Assembly: GCF_022493195.1 (NCBI RefSeq)
Contig: NZ_CP028739.1
Length of the DNA: 32,000 nucleotides
Direction: 5' to 3' (one strand)
Source: Escherichia coli
GTDB lineage: Bacteria; Pseudomonadota; Gammaproteobacteria; Enterobacterales; Enterobacteriaceae
The notes under the pieces are model-generated. The model made no database searches. It saw only the letters and a list, made by a program, of their open reading frames with translations, and was not told where the DNA came from. The first letter of the stretch is position 1. Each line of letters opens with the position of its first letter. Shown one piece after another: positions 9,331 to 19,402 of this stretch. Made by a program: the position numbers and the translations under genes.

Positions 9331-9783
9331 TTAATGCAGCCAGTGAACGCCCTCGGCAGGCTGAAAGAACGCGTTATAGCGCATCTGAAAAGCATTGATA
9401 TCCTGCATTTCAGGTTCGGTTTCGCGCAGAAAACCCAGCGCCAGCCTGACCTGAGCATCAGTAATCGGCGCGGCAAGGCGGGCTTTTTGTAAAATCCGAT
9501 GCCATTGCAGCAGGTTCTGTTCGCTACCATCGACAATGACAATTTGCCAGATGAGCAACACCTGCGCGGCGTTTTGCAGGTGCGACTCATCCGGGCGATG
9601 CAAATAACGTAAAAATTCGTCACCGGCTGACTTTCCCATTTGATCGACCATCGACTCCACGGGTACGACATCGATGTTCAGCCGATCGCTGAGACGGCGA
9701 ATCGCTTTTCTGGCCCCGGATGTCAGCACCCGAAAACCAACCACAAACACTACCGCCAGCGTGGCGAGCATTATCCAGATCAT
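9331..9783 (-). CDS. yicN: DUF1198-family protein YicN (150 aa)
   Basis: The track ORF is 9331..9810. The second ATG (9783) has gcaggag 6 nt upstream and gives MIWIMLATLAVVFVVGFRV..., an N-terminal TM anchor. I recognise this as YicN. Confidence 0.85.
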   Translation of the reverse strand: MIWIMLATLAVVFVVGFRVLTSGARKAIRRLSDRLNIDVVPVESMVDQMGKSAGDEFLRYLHRPDESHLQNAAQVLLIWQIVIVDGSEQNLLQWHRILQKARLAAPITDAQVRLALGFLRETEPEMQDINAFQMRYNAFFQPAEGVHWLH

Positions 9784-9811
9784 GAGTTCTCCTGCGTAAT
9801 CAGAACTCATG
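9781..9811 (-). promoter_or_regulatory. perfect 10-bp stem-loop covering both candidate yicN start codons and the SD
   Basis: catgagttct (9781-9790) and agaactcatg (9802-9811) are exact reverse complements with an 11-nt loop. Confidence 0.35.
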
Positions 9812-9835
9812 ATATCTGGAAACCCTCGCCAGTTA

Positions 9836-11170
9836 CTAATCCACCAGAATAATCTTCAGTGCAAACAGAGTTGCGACCACCACCACACACAGGTTCAGAT
9901 CGCGCCAGCGCCCGGTGCACACTTTCATGATGCAGTACGACATAAAGCCTAGTGCAATCCCTTCGGTGATCGAGAAAGTAAAGGGCATCATCACCGTGGT
10001 AATAAACGCAGGCACCGATTCGGTAAAATCATCCCAGTTAACGCGCGCCAGGCTTGAAGTCATCAGCACGCCAACAAAGATTAACGCTCCGGCGGTTGCG
10101 TAAGGCGGAACCATCGCCACCAGCGGTGAGAAGAACATAACTAACAGGAACATAACGCCGACTACGACAGCCGTCAGCCCCGTGCGACCACCGACAGCCA
10201 CACCTGAAGTACTTTCAATATAGGCGGTAACAGACGAGGTACCGATAAACGCACCCGCCACCGAACTGACGCTATCAACATACAGCGCCTTATTCATATT
10301 GGGGAATTTACCGTTACTATCTATTAAGCCAGCTTTATCAGTCACACCAATTAATGTCCCTGATGAATCAAATAAGTTGATCAGCATAAAGGAGAAAATG
10401 ATACCGGCGAGTTCAAGTGATAACGCACCGCTCAAATCCACTTCACCAATGACGCCGCTAATATCAGGCGGAATGGAATAGACGCCGCTAAAATGAACAT
10501 CACCGAAAAATAATCCACAGCAAGACGTCACCACAATAGAAACAAGCACCGCGGCATGAAAATGACGTGATGACAACACAGTTATAATAAAAAACCCTAA
10601 AATACCTAACAACACGCCGTGAGAACTTAAATCACCAATCATCACCAGGGTGTCTTTATTGGCGACAATAACGCCAGTATTTTTTAATCCCATTAAGGCG
10701 ATAAATAATCCGATTCCGCTGGTGATACCAATACGTAAACTTAATGGAATGTTGGAGATCATCCAGTACCGGATACGAAACAGCGTGAGCAAAAATAGCC
10801 CAACTGCGCCCCAGAATATCGCGCCCATCCCGGTCTGCCAGGAGATACCCATCGCCCCCACGACCACGAAGGCAAAGAAGGCGTTCAGGCCCATTGCCGG
10901 AGCCAGTGCCACGGGTAAGTTAGCAAATACCCCCATCGCAATACTGCCGATACCGGCAATCAAACAGGTGGTAACAAACACCACTTTCGGGTCCATTTGT
11001 GCCGCGCCGAGGATTTGCGGGTTCACAAAAACGATGTACACCATGGTTAAAAAAGTGGTCATCCCCGCAATCAATTCTGTGCGGACGGTGGTCCCATGCT
11101 GAGGTAGTTTAAATAATCGCGAAAGCGTCCCTGATTCATTACTCACGTAATCGGTATTGTCATTATTCAT
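9836..11170 (-). CDS. adeQ: adenine permease AdeQ (NCS2/AzgA family, 444 aa)
   Basis: The track ORF is 9836..11248. ATG 11170 gives MNNDNTDYVSNESGTLSRLFKLPQHGTTVRTELIAGMTTFLTMVYIVFVNP..., recognisably YicO/AdeQ. Confidence 0.9.
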   Translation of the reverse strand: MNNDNTDYVSNESGTLSRLFKLPQHGTTVRTELIAGMTTFLTMVYIVFVNPQILGAAQMDPKVVFVTTCLIAGIGSIAMGVFANLPVALAPAMGLNAFFAFVVVGAMGISWQTGMGAIFWGAVGLFLLTLFRIRYWMISNIPLSLRIGITSGIGLFIALMGLKNTGVIVANKDTLVMIGDLSSHGVLLGILGFFIITVLSSRHFHAAVLVSIVVTSCCGLFFGDVHFSGVYSIPPDISGVIGEVDLSGALSLELAGIIFSFMLINLFDSSGTLIGVTDKAGLIDSNGKFPNMNKALYVDSVSSVAGAFIGTSSVTAYIESTSGVAVGGRTGLTAVVVGVMFLLVMFFSPLVAMVPPYATAGALIFVGVLMTSSLARVNWDDFTESVPAFITTVMMPFTFSITEGIALGFMSYCIMKVCTGRWRDLNLCVVVVATLFALKIILVD

Positions 11171-11344
11171 TTTTTTGTCCATTGGAGGAGATTTAATCCC
11201 TTGCTTTTGTAAAACAAATGACAACAACGGTTCAGTGATAATTATCACATTTCAATTGCACATTAATGGATATTCTTTAATAATCTCGCGACGTTTCTTT
11301 ATGATAAATAATAATCAAATTGATAAAATCAAAATGAGAAAAAT

Positions 11345-13111
11345 ATGAATAATTCTATTAACCATAAATTTCATCACATTAGCCGGGCTGAATACCAGGA
11401 ATTGTTAGCCGTTTCCCGTGGAGACGCTGTTGCCGATTATATTATTGATAATGTCTCTATTCTCGACCTGATCAATGGCGGAGAAATTTCCGGCCCAATT
11501 GTGATTAAAGGACGTTACATTGCCGGTGTTGGCGCAGAATACGCTGATGCTCCGGCTTTGCAGCGGATTGATGCCCGCGGCGCAACGGCGGTGCCAGGGT
11601 TTATTGATGCTCACCTGCATATTGAATCCAGCATGATGACGCCGGTCACCTTTGAAACTGCTACCCTGCCGCGCGGCCTGACGACCGTTATTTGCGACCC
11701 TCATGAAATCGTCAACGTGATGGGAGAAGCCGGATTCGCCTGGTTTGCCCGCTGTGCCGAACAGGCAAGGCAAAACCAGTACTTACAGGTCAGCTCTTGC
11801 GTACCCGCCCTGGAAGGCTGCGATGTTAATGGTGCCAGTTTTACCCTTGAACAGATGCTCGCCTGGCGGGACCATCCGCAGGTTACCGGCCTTGCAGAAA
11901 TGATGGACTACCCTGGCGTAATTAGCGGGCAGAATGCGCTGCTCGATAAACTGGACGCATTTCGCCACCTGACACTGGACGGTCACTGCCCGGGTTTGGG
12001 TGGTAAAGAACTTAACGCCTATATTGCTGCGGGTATTGAAAACTGCCACGAAAGTTATCAGTTGGAAGAAGGACGCCGGAAATTGCAACTCGGCATGTCA
12101 TTGATGATCCGTGAAGGGTCCGCAGCCCGCAATCTCAACGCGCTGGCACCGTTGATCAACGAATTTAACAGCCCGCAATGCATGCTCTGTACCGATGACC
12201 GTAACCCGTGGGAGATCGCCCATGAAGGACACATCGATGCCTTAATTCGCCGCCTGATCGAACAACACAATGTACCGCTGCATGTGGCATATCGCGTAGC
12301 CAGCTGGTCGACGGCGCGCCATTTTGGTCTGAATCACCTCGGCTTACTGGCACCCGGCAAGCAGGCCGATATCGTCCTGTTGAGCGATGCGCGTAAGGTC
12401 ACGGTGCAGCAGGTACTGGTGAAAGGCGAGCCGATCGATGCACAAACCTTACAGGCGGAAGAGTCGGCGAGACTGGCACAATCCGCCCCGCCATATGGCA
12501 ATACCATTGATCGCCAGCCAGTTTCCGCCAGCGACTTTGCCCTGCAATTTACCCCCGGAAAACGCTATCGCGTTATTGAGGTAATCCATAACGAACTGAT
12601 CACGCACTCCCGCTCCAGCGTCTACAGCGAAAACGGTTTTGATCGCGATGATGTGTGCTTTATTGCCGTTCTTGAGCGTTACGGACAACGACTGGCTCCG
12701 GCCTGTGGTTTGCTCGGCGGCTTTGGCCTGAATGAAGGTGCGCTGGCTGCGACGGTCAGCCATGACAGCCATAATATTGTAGTGATCGGTCGTAGCGCAG
12801 AAGAGATGGCGCTGGCGGTCAATCAGGTGATTCAGGATGGCGGCGGGCTGTGCGTGGTCCGTAACGGCCAGGTACAAAGTCATCTACCGTTGCCCATTGC
12901 CGGGCTAATGAGCACCGACACGGCGCAGTCACTGGCGGAGCAAATTGACGCCCTGAAAGCCGCCGCCCGTGAATGCGGTCCGTTACCCGATGAGCCGTTT
13001 ATTCAGATGGCGTTTCTTTCCCTGCCAGTGATCCCCGCGCTGAAACTAACCAGTCAGGGGCTGTTTGATGGCGAGAAGTTTGCCTTCACTACGCTGGAAT
13101 TCACGGAATAA
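11345..13111 (+). CDS. adeD: adenine deaminase (588 aa)
   Basis: The full-length ORF has the amidohydrolase metal motif [12 protein letters not shown] and is recognisably E. coli Ade/YicP. It is divergent from adeQ across an AT-rich 174-bp spacer. Confidence 0.95.
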   Translation: MNNSINHKFHHISRAEYQELLAVSRGDAVADYIIDNVSILDLINGGEISGPIVIKGRYIAGVGAEYADAPALQRIDARGATAVPGFIDAHLHIESSMMTPVTFETATLPRGLTTVICDPHEIVNVMGEAGFAWFARCAEQARQNQYLQVSSCVPALEGCDVNGASFTLEQMLAWRDHPQVTGLAEMMDYPGVISGQNALLDKLDAFRHLTLDGHCPGLGGKELNAYIAAGIENCHESYQLEEGRRKLQLGMSLMIREGSAARNLNALAPLINEFNSPQCMLCTDDRNPWEIAHEGHIDALIRRLIEQHNVPLHVAYRVASWSTARHFGLNHLGLLAPGKQADIVLLSDARKVTVQQVLVKGEPIDAQTLQAEESARLAQSAPPYGNTIDRQPVSASDFALQFTPGKRYRVIEVIHNELITHSRSSVYSENGFDRDDVCFIAVLERYGQRLAPACGLLGGFGLNEGALAATVSHDSHNIVVIGRSAEEMALAVNQVIQDGGGLCVVRNGQVQSHLPLPIAGLMSTDTAQSLAEQIDALKAAARECGPLPDEPFIQMAFLSLPVIPALKLTSQGLFDGEKFAFTTLEFTE

Positions 13112-13112
13112 T

Positions 13113-13144
13113 AAAAAAAAGCCCGGCGTCATGCCGGGCAAAAG
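13113..13144. terminator. bidirectional rho-independent terminator between adeD and uhpT
   Basis: The hairpin gcccggc-gtcat-gccgggc (13121-13139) is flanked by A8 on one side and aaaag on the other. It sits between convergent genes. Confidence 0.75.
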
Positions 13145-13157
13145 TCACCAGTTACGT

Positions 13158-14549
13158 TTATGCCACTGTCAACTGCTGAATTTTTTTCTCGCGGCGGATT
13201 TTGCGTTCTTCCATCACCGCCACTATCGCCATCAGGCAGATACAACCAATCGCGGCGATATCCAGCGCGGCGAAGGTGCCTGCCCAGCCGGTAAGGCCAA
13301 ATACCGGCGTCCCATCGGCAATCATTCCCAGACCTAACTTGGCAAAGCTGTCACCAATCAGGTAAGCGAAGGTGCCTTTAATACCATCGGCAGCGCCAAT
13401 CGCTTTTTTAGGTACAAAGCCAACAGCCGCCACACCAATCAACAATTGCGGGCCAAAGACCAGGAAACCCAACGCAAAGAGAGAAGCCAGGTAGATATAT
13501 TCGTTGCTGGCGTGTTGATACACACCGAGCGTGGCGATAATCAGCGCCAGCGCGATACAGGCCACCAGGCCACGGCGACCGTTCGCCAGGTCAGAGAGCC
13601 AGCCCCACAGCAGCGTACCGACCAGCGCACCAGCTTCAAACAGCGTAAAGCCCTGAATCGCCACCGCTTTAGAGAGTTTCAGTTCCTGGAACGCATACAC
13701 GGTTGACCACTGGTCGATACCAATACGCACCACATAGAGGAAAATGTTGGCAAAGCACAGCAGCCAGATCACTTTGTTTTTCAGCACATACTCAACAAAG
13801 ATCTGCCACTTGGTCATATCGGTAGATTCTGTCTCTTTATCCTCTTCACTGATCTCCTCGCCAAACAGCTCTTCAGCTTTGCCGAGGCCATAAGATTCCG
13901 GGGAGTCGCTGCCGTAACGCAGACCAATAAAACCAACAATCAGCGCGATAATCGACGGGAAAATAAACATGCCGATGACATGACCATCGAACAGGTAATT
14001 TGCGCCGAACAGCGCCACACCTGCTGCGCCTGCACCACCAAGGTTGTGAGAAATGTTCCAGAAACCGAGGAATGTCCCGCGTTTACGACGCGGCGTCCAT
14101 TTGGTGATGGTGGAGTAACTGCACGAACCGCCGGTACTCTGGAAAAAGCCGCTCAAGGCGTAGAAGGCAATCATCAGGAACAGGCTAACCGAGCCGCTGC
14201 CCATACTGGCACTGAAGCCCAGCATACAAATGGCAGACAGGATCAGCATGAACGGCAGGAATTGTTTGGTGTTTTTGCCGTCGGCGTAGTAAGAAACCAG
14301 CGTTTTACCCACGCCATAAGTGATGGAGAAGCCCAGGCCGATCATCCCCAGCTGCGTCATGCTCAACCCGTAGGTCGAGATCATGTCGTTCTGCGCGATG
14401 TTAAAGTTCTTGCGAATCAGGTACATCGTAAGGTAGCCGATAAAGACCACCAGGTAGGATTGCATGAACGGTTTGAACCACATTTTGCGCCGCACTTCGA
14501 GCGGAAGGTCCAGGGTCGGCTTGCGAACCTGGTTTAAGAAAGCCAGCAT
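13158..14549 (-). CDS. uhpT: hexose-6-phosphate:phosphate antiporter UhpT (463 aa)
   Basis: The full-length ORF is recognisably UhpT, of the MFS organophosphate:Pi antiporter family. Confidence 0.97.
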
Positions 14550-14574
14550 GGGTTACTCCTGAAATGAATACCTG

Positions 14575-14695
14575 CGTGAGGCATGCATTGTAAAAATCAG
14601 CAGCAAATCAGGCCTGAGATAGCGTCCAGGCAAAACCTGGAAAATTTCTTAGTTTTGCCGGATATGAAGTGAAAAGGTGAGATGCATCACGCTTC
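14575..14695 (-). promoter_or_regulatory. uhpT promoter with -10, UhpA operator and CRP site
   Basis: On the minus strand, TACAAT is at 14592-14587. The inverted repeat GGCAAAAC (14629-14636) / GTTTTGCC (14652-14659) is centred at 14644. The CRP-like site GGTGA-GATGCA-TCACG (14676-14691) is centred at 14683.5. If the TSS is near 14580, these centres fall at about -64 and -103.5. That is the published geometry for UhpA and CAP at PuhpT. Confidence 0.8.
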
Positions 14696-16006
14696 TCGCG
14701 GTGTCTGGGCGTTCAAAAAGGGCAGTAATAGCAGTGCGGAAATCCCGGCGGCGATGGCGATAACCACAAAAAATCCGCTCCAGTGCCAGGTATCGAGTAC
14801 TTTCGCCAGCGGCCAACCAGCAAGCGACGCACCAAGATAAGCAAACAAGCCGACAAATCCCGTCGCCGCCCCTGCCGCCTCTTTGTGGGAACACTCTGCC
14901 GCCGCCATGCCGATTAACATCTGCGGGCCAAAGACAAAAAAACCAATGGTGAAGAAGCAGGTTGCCTGCATCACGTAGCTGGCAAATGGCATCAGCCACA
15001 GCGAGCCGACTGAAAGCAAAATTCCGGCGGCGAAAATCAAATTCATCGGCCCGCGGTTGCCGTTAAACAGTTTGTCCGAACCCCAACCCGCTACCAGCGC
15101 ACCGATAAATCCGCCCAGTTCAAACATTGTCACTGCCGTATTCGCCGTGACCAGATCGACGCCCAGCATCTCGGACATATACAAATTGCCCCAGTCGTTG
15201 ATCGCCGCCCGAACCACATAGACCAGCACATAGCAAAACGAAAGCAGCCAGATATACGGATTCAGCAACACATATTTGGTGAGGATCTCTTTACGCGTCA
15301 GCCCTGCCCCTTCTTGTTGTTGAGCAATCTCCAGTGCGTCGTGCCGCCATTCACCAACCGCCGGTAAACCTAACGCCTGCGGGCGATCGCGCAGCCGCCA
15401 GCAGAGAAAAATCCCCACGACTATCGCCATACAACCCGCAATCATCATCCCGGCACGCCAGCCGTAATGCAGCGCGCTCGCTGCCATCACAATGGGAATG
15501 AGTGCGCCGCCGACGTTATGCGCCGTGTTCCATAATGCCCACCAACCGCCGCGCTCGGTACGAGAATACCAGGCGGTTAACAGACGCGCACACACCGGTG
15601 AACCCCAGCCCTGGAAAAAGGCGTTCAACACCCAAAGCACGGCAAACGCCCATAGCGACGTCGAGAAGCCAAACAGAATGTTGATAATGCCCGTGGCAAT
15701 AAGCCCTATCCCCATAAAATAACGGGCATTTGAGCGATCGCTGACAATGCCGGAGACAAACTTCGACACGCCGTAGGTAATGTAAAACAGGGTCGCTAAC
15801 AGGCCAATATCGCTACGGCTGAGCACGCCGTTAGCAAGGATTTCTGGTACGGCGGCGTTAAAACTTTTACGCGTGAAGTAAAACAGCGCGTAACCCAGCC
15901 AGATGGTCAGCAGAATATGCCGACGCCAGTAGCGATAGCGGGCATCAATTTCATGTTTATCAGTCATTAATGGCGCATCGGCGGGCGCTTTCAGAAACGG
16001 CAACAT
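14687..16006 (-). CDS. uhpC: membrane glucose-6-phosphate sensor UhpC (MFS, UhpT paralogue)
   Basis: The track ORF is 14687..16009 and begins with two tandem ATGs. The second gives MLPFLKAPADAPLMTDKHEIDARYRYW... (439 aa), as I recall for K-12. Confidence 0.93.
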   Translation of the reverse strand: MLPFLKAPADAPLMTDKHEIDARYRYWRRHILLTIWLGYALFYFTRKSFNAAVPEILANGVLSRSDIGLLATLFYITYGVSKFVSGIVSDRSNARYFMGIGLIATGIINILFGFSTSLWAFAVLWVLNAFFQGWGSPVCARLLTAWYSRTERGGWWALWNTAHNVGGALIPIVMAASALHYGWRAGMMIAGCMAIVVGIFLCWRLRDRPQALGLPAVGEWRHDALEIAQQQEGAGLTRKEILTKYVLLNPYIWLLSFCYVLVYVVRAAINDWGNLYMSEMLGVDLVTANTAVTMFELGGFIGALVAGWGSDKLFNGNRGPMNLIFAAGILLSVGSLWLMPFASYVMQATCFFTIGFFVFGPQMLIGMAAAECSHKEAAGAATGFVGLFAYLGASLAGWPLAKVLDTWHWSGFFVVIAIAAGISALLLLPFLNAQTPREA

Positions 16007-16015
16007 CATCGAACC

Positions 16016-17518
16016 TTAGACATAACGTTGAGGTAGAGAAACGCTGACACGCGTGCCGTGCAGACAGGAAATGGTCAATGTGCCACCCAGCGCCGTTACG
16101 CGCTCGCGCATTCCGGTAAGGCCAAAACCGTGTTGCCCGGAATCTGGCGGTAAACCGCTGCCATCGTCTTCAATCACCAGCATCAACCGTTCATCCTGCT
16201 GCCAGCCTTGCAGGGTGACCGCGCTGGCATCAGCATGTTTCACAATGTTGTTCAGCCCTTCCTGGCAGACACGAAACAGCGTCACTCGCTGGTTTTCGCT
16301 TAACGCTGATTCATCGATTCGCCATTCGAGATGGCTGACAATGCCGCGCCCTTCCAGCTCCATTTCCCGCATCAGTGAGCGGATGGCCTGCTCCAGGGTG
16401 AGATCATCCAACTGGCGCGGACGTAACCGACCTAACAAGCGGCGCACCGCGTCGTAAACGCCCAACGACAACTGTTCGATGAGCTGCCCGCTCTGTTTCA
16501 CGCTGGCGTTATCCGCCGCGAGCCGCTGGACAATGCCCGCTTGAGTTCGAATAGCAGTAATGGTCTGACCGATATCATCGTGCAGCTCACGTGCCACATC
16601 ACGGCGCACGCTCTCTTCGGTTTCCAGCAACCGTTCAGCGAGATGCTGATTGCGCGCCAGTTCCTTTTGCAGCGACTGGTTAAGTTCACGCAACCGCTGG
16701 ATGCCAGCGCCCAGTAACAACCCTGTCAGACTTTGCACCAGCAGCGAGAGCAATAAATCCACCGGATGATCGCGCCAGGTTTGACTGGCGATCAGCGCGA
16801 TGGCGTTCATCAATGTCGCAATCAGCGCTCCTTGCCAACCATAGTGCCAGGCCAGCGCGATAATCGGCAGCGCCAGACAGAATGGCGTAAAGCGCGACAG
16901 TTCGTCCGGCAATCCCAACTGGAGCCAGAGACTGATAACAAACAGCAGCAAGTACCAGACCAGATGCCGCCCACGCCAGTTGATTGGTTGAGAAACCAGT
17001 GACGGGCCGAGCGGCAGCCAGGTGTTATTGGCGAGATAGTGCCAGAACACCAGACATATCGGGGCCAACGTCAGGCCGCCAGTTAAAGTCAGCAGTAGCG
17101 CATTCCACGACTCTTTGCCGTGCCAAAGCCAGGGCAGCGACTGCAACAACGCCGCCGCCGTTAATGCCGCACCCTGTAACAGCAAGGTGCGCCAGTCACG
17201 TTGATGGCGATAGCGCGAGATCAGCGCCACGGGCAGTAACGTCAGTAAACTACCGATCATCAATAAGGAGAAATGGGTTAAACCGACCGCCTGCGTTAAC
17301 CAGTAAATCAGCAGCCACTCCGCGCCCAGCAACACCGGCCAGTATCCGCGCGGGCATTGCAGCATTAGCCCTAGCCGCAGGCCAAACGGAAATAACAGTA
17401 CCGCCATATCAGGGCGCTCAACCAGGTGCAGGCTGATACTCCACAGGCAAAACCATGCGGCAGAGAAGATAAAAAAGCAGGCAATAACGGTAATTAAGCG
17501 GGAGAACAACGTCTTCAT
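16016..17518 (-). CDS. uhpB: sensor histidine kinase UhpB (500 aa)
   Basis: The first codon of the track ORF (17521) is GTG. ATG 17518 gives [16 protein letters not shown]... The H-box reads [10 protein letters not shown], and the N-terminal domain is multi-TM. The ATG shares one base with the uhpA TGA (gtGATGa). Confidence 0.93.
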   Translation of the reverse strand: MKTLFSRLITVIACFFIFSAAWFCLWSISLHLVERPDMAVLLFPFGLRLGLMLQCPRGYWPVLLGAEWLLIYWLTQAVGLTHFSLLMIGSLLTLLPVALISRYRHQRDWRTLLLQGAALTAAALLQSLPWLWHGKESWNALLLTLTGGLTLAPICLVFWHYLANNTWLPLGPSLVSQPINWRGRHLVWYLLLFVISLWLQLGLPDELSRFTPFCLALPIIALAWHYGWQGALIATLMNAIALIASQTWRDHPVDLLLSLLVQSLTGLLLGAGIQRLRELNQSLQKELARNQHLAERLLETEESVRRDVARELHDDIGQTITAIRTQAGIVQRLAADNASVKQSGQLIEQLSLGVYDAVRRLLGRLRPRQLDDLTLEQAIRSLMREMELEGRGIVSHLEWRIDESALSENQRVTLFRVCQEGLNNIVKHADASAVTLQGWQQDERLMLVIEDDGSGLPPDSGQHGFGLTGMRERVTALGGTLTISCLHGTRVSVSLPQRYV

Positions 17519-18108
17519 CACCAGCCATCAAACATGCGGCGCGCCAGTTCAACGTCGTTACTGACGCCCAGTTTTTCCATCAGGTTGGCGCGATGGACAT
17601 GTACCGTTTTCGGTGACAAGCCCAGTTCGGCAGCAATCTCTTTCACCGCCATTCCTTGCGCCAGTTTTTCCGCCACCTGGCGTTCGCGTTTGGTTAGCGG
17701 GTCCTGGCGACCGGATGCCAGTTTAATGGCAATATCCGGCGTCAGATAACAGCCGCCCGTGGCAACCGTATGCACCGCAGCAATGAGTTCATCCGGGCTA
17801 CAGCGTTTGGAGAGAAAACCGCGCGCCCCCGCGTTAAGCGCCTGCTCAACCAGCGCCGGACTGTCATGAACGGAGAGCATAATTGTCGCCATGCCTTTCG
17901 GCAGCTGGCTTAGAAGCTCCAGACCGGAGATATCAGGCATGGAGATATCGCAAATACACACCTGCACACCGCGCCCCGGCAGCCCCGCCAGCGCCTCGCG
18001 CCCCGAACCAAACTCGGCAACTACCTGCAAATCAGGTTCCAGCCCCAGCAGCTGCGCAAAGCCGGAGCGGACGATAAGGTGATCGTCTATAAGGGCAACG
18101 GTGATCAT
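17518..18108 (-). CDS. uhpA: response regulator UhpA (NarL/LuxR family, 196 aa)
   Basis: The full-length ORF has a receiver domain ([10 protein letters not shown]..., CDISMPD) and a C-terminal LuxR-type HTH ([45 protein letters not shown]). Confidence 0.96.
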
Positions 18109-18125
18109 GGTCTTGTCCTGGCGGG

Positions 18126-18158
18126 TAATAAAACGCGCTTACCTTAACGATAAGCGCG
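18126..18158 (-). terminator. terminator-like hairpin plus U-tract just upstream of the uhpA SD
   Basis: The minus strand reads cgcgctta-tcgttaagg-taagcgcg followed by ttttatta. This ends about 10 nt before the SD (agga) and 17 nt before the uhpA ATG. Confidence 0.4.
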
Positions 18159-18376
18159 CCACTGTTCAAGCCTTGAGCGGTTACTGAAAAAAGCTGCGCT
18201 CCTGTTGCTTGTGAAAAGAAATGATGCCTTCAAGGTTTGGTATATCGACTAATCATTAAAAACGCTGGCAGCATTAATACCTTGTTAGTATCCATTTTGA
18301 ATAAGAAAAATATATATTTTATATTTATAGTTTGATTGTTTGTATATTTATGAATTATTACTTCAGTATAAAAACC

Positions 18377-18427
18377 ACTCTCTAAATAATTCGCAGACAC
18401 AGCACATGCAACTTGAAGTATGACAAG
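18377..18427 (+). repeat. internally deleted (short) ERIC element
   Basis: actctctaaataattcg joins directly to cagacacagcacatgcaacttgaagtatgacaag. These are the two terminal arms of the ERIC consensus, without the central core. Confidence 0.7.
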
Positions 18428-18522
18428 CATGCCTGCTTCATTATTACACTTTAATAATAAAACCCACCGATTAATGTACAAAAAAATCCCTGCGTGATAT
18501 TGTCTGTAAAAAAGGAGCAGAT

Positions 18523-19383
18523 ATGCGCACTCACCCTCACTTAATAAAACAAACTATTGATCCACGACTCATTAATGAAATAAACAAAAGAACACAAAGC
18601 AACAGTGAGAAGTTATCAAACAGTGATAAATTAACATATATTAATGACAACTACTGTGAGATAACGCGAAACTACACGTCATTTTATGGTATGAACATGC
18701 TGAGCATCGTTCTTTTCTTACCTATCGTTATTTTATGTTTTGCCTCTGTTTTATTCTTTATATATGACATAACATTTAACTTCGAACGATACTTAGATAC
18801 GTGGAGATACAGAGCAGACTCTGAGTTAATGCTACATATTGCTTACTGCGCAATTTTTTTCATGTCTTTTGTTTTTGCTGCTATTCTAAATTATTTTATC
18901 TTTGCTCCGCGACATTACCCAATCCGTTTTAATAGAAAAACAGGAAAGGTCTATATTTGTGATTATATTCTTAATGATATGAGTCATAAATCAACTTATA
19001 CTTTCTGGTGGCACTATCCATTCTATAAACATACCAAGCCTGAATATAAAGAGTACGACTGGGAACAAATTCAAGGTATAGCTTTTTTTGCACAAAATCG
19101 CCATTCCTCATACTCCACTATTCGCTGTATTGTTTATGAATCATTAGACAGTACAAATATTATTGACACCTTTAACCTGATAACGACAGAGAGTGCTATA
19201 GATGCATTGCATATGACAAATCACAAATTATGGTTATGGATTAATAGCTTTATGAATTTTGACGATGAGTTTTTAGAGAAATCTATCAATACTGCTCCAG
19301 GTATTTGGGGCCGTGAAGTGAATTGGCCTGAAGATATGAATAAGAAATCAATGTTGTCTTCAATGGACGAATATATACTCTGA
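18523..19383 (+). CDS. hypothetical two-TM membrane protein (286 aa), AT-rich orphan
   Basis: The ATG is preceded by aaaaggagcagat, a strong SD at good spacing. Predicted TM helices lie at about residues 57-81 and 103-127. They are followed by PIRFNRKTGKVY and a C-terminal domain of about 150 aa rich in W/Y/F. The gene is very AT-rich by eye and I recognise no family with confidence. Confidence 0.7.
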   Translation: MRTHPHLIKQTIDPRLINEINKRTQSNSEKLSNSDKLTYINDNYCEITRNYTSFYGMNMLSIVLFLPIVILCFASVLFFIYDITFNFERYLDTWRYRADSELMLHIAYCAIFFMSFVFAAILNYFIFAPRHYPIRFNRKTGKVYICDYILNDMSHKSTYTFWWHYPFYKHTKPEYKEYDWEQIQGIAFFAQNRHSSYSTIRCIVYESLDSTNIIDTFNLITTESAIDALHMTNHKLWLWINSFMNFDDEFLEKSINTAPGIWGREVNWPEDMNKKSMLSSMDEYIL

Positions 19384-19400
19384 ATAATTCGAGTTACAGA
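19373..19400 (+). repeat. isolated ERIC terminal-arm fragment overlapping the ORF stop codon
   Basis: tatactctgaataattcgagttacaga compares with the ERIC arm tatactctaaataattcgagttgcagga (reverse complement of 19502-19528) with 3 mismatches. The TGA stop (19381-19383) lies inside it. Confidence 0.5.
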
Positions 19401-19402
19401 AT

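Noticed and set aside
18230-18481. An 83-aa minus-strand ORF in the AT-rich region upstream of the 286-aa gene
   Set aside because: It has no SD and spans the short ERIC element. Its translation is the low-complexity Ile/Asn/Lys/Tyr-rich type typical of random ORFs in AT-rich DNA.
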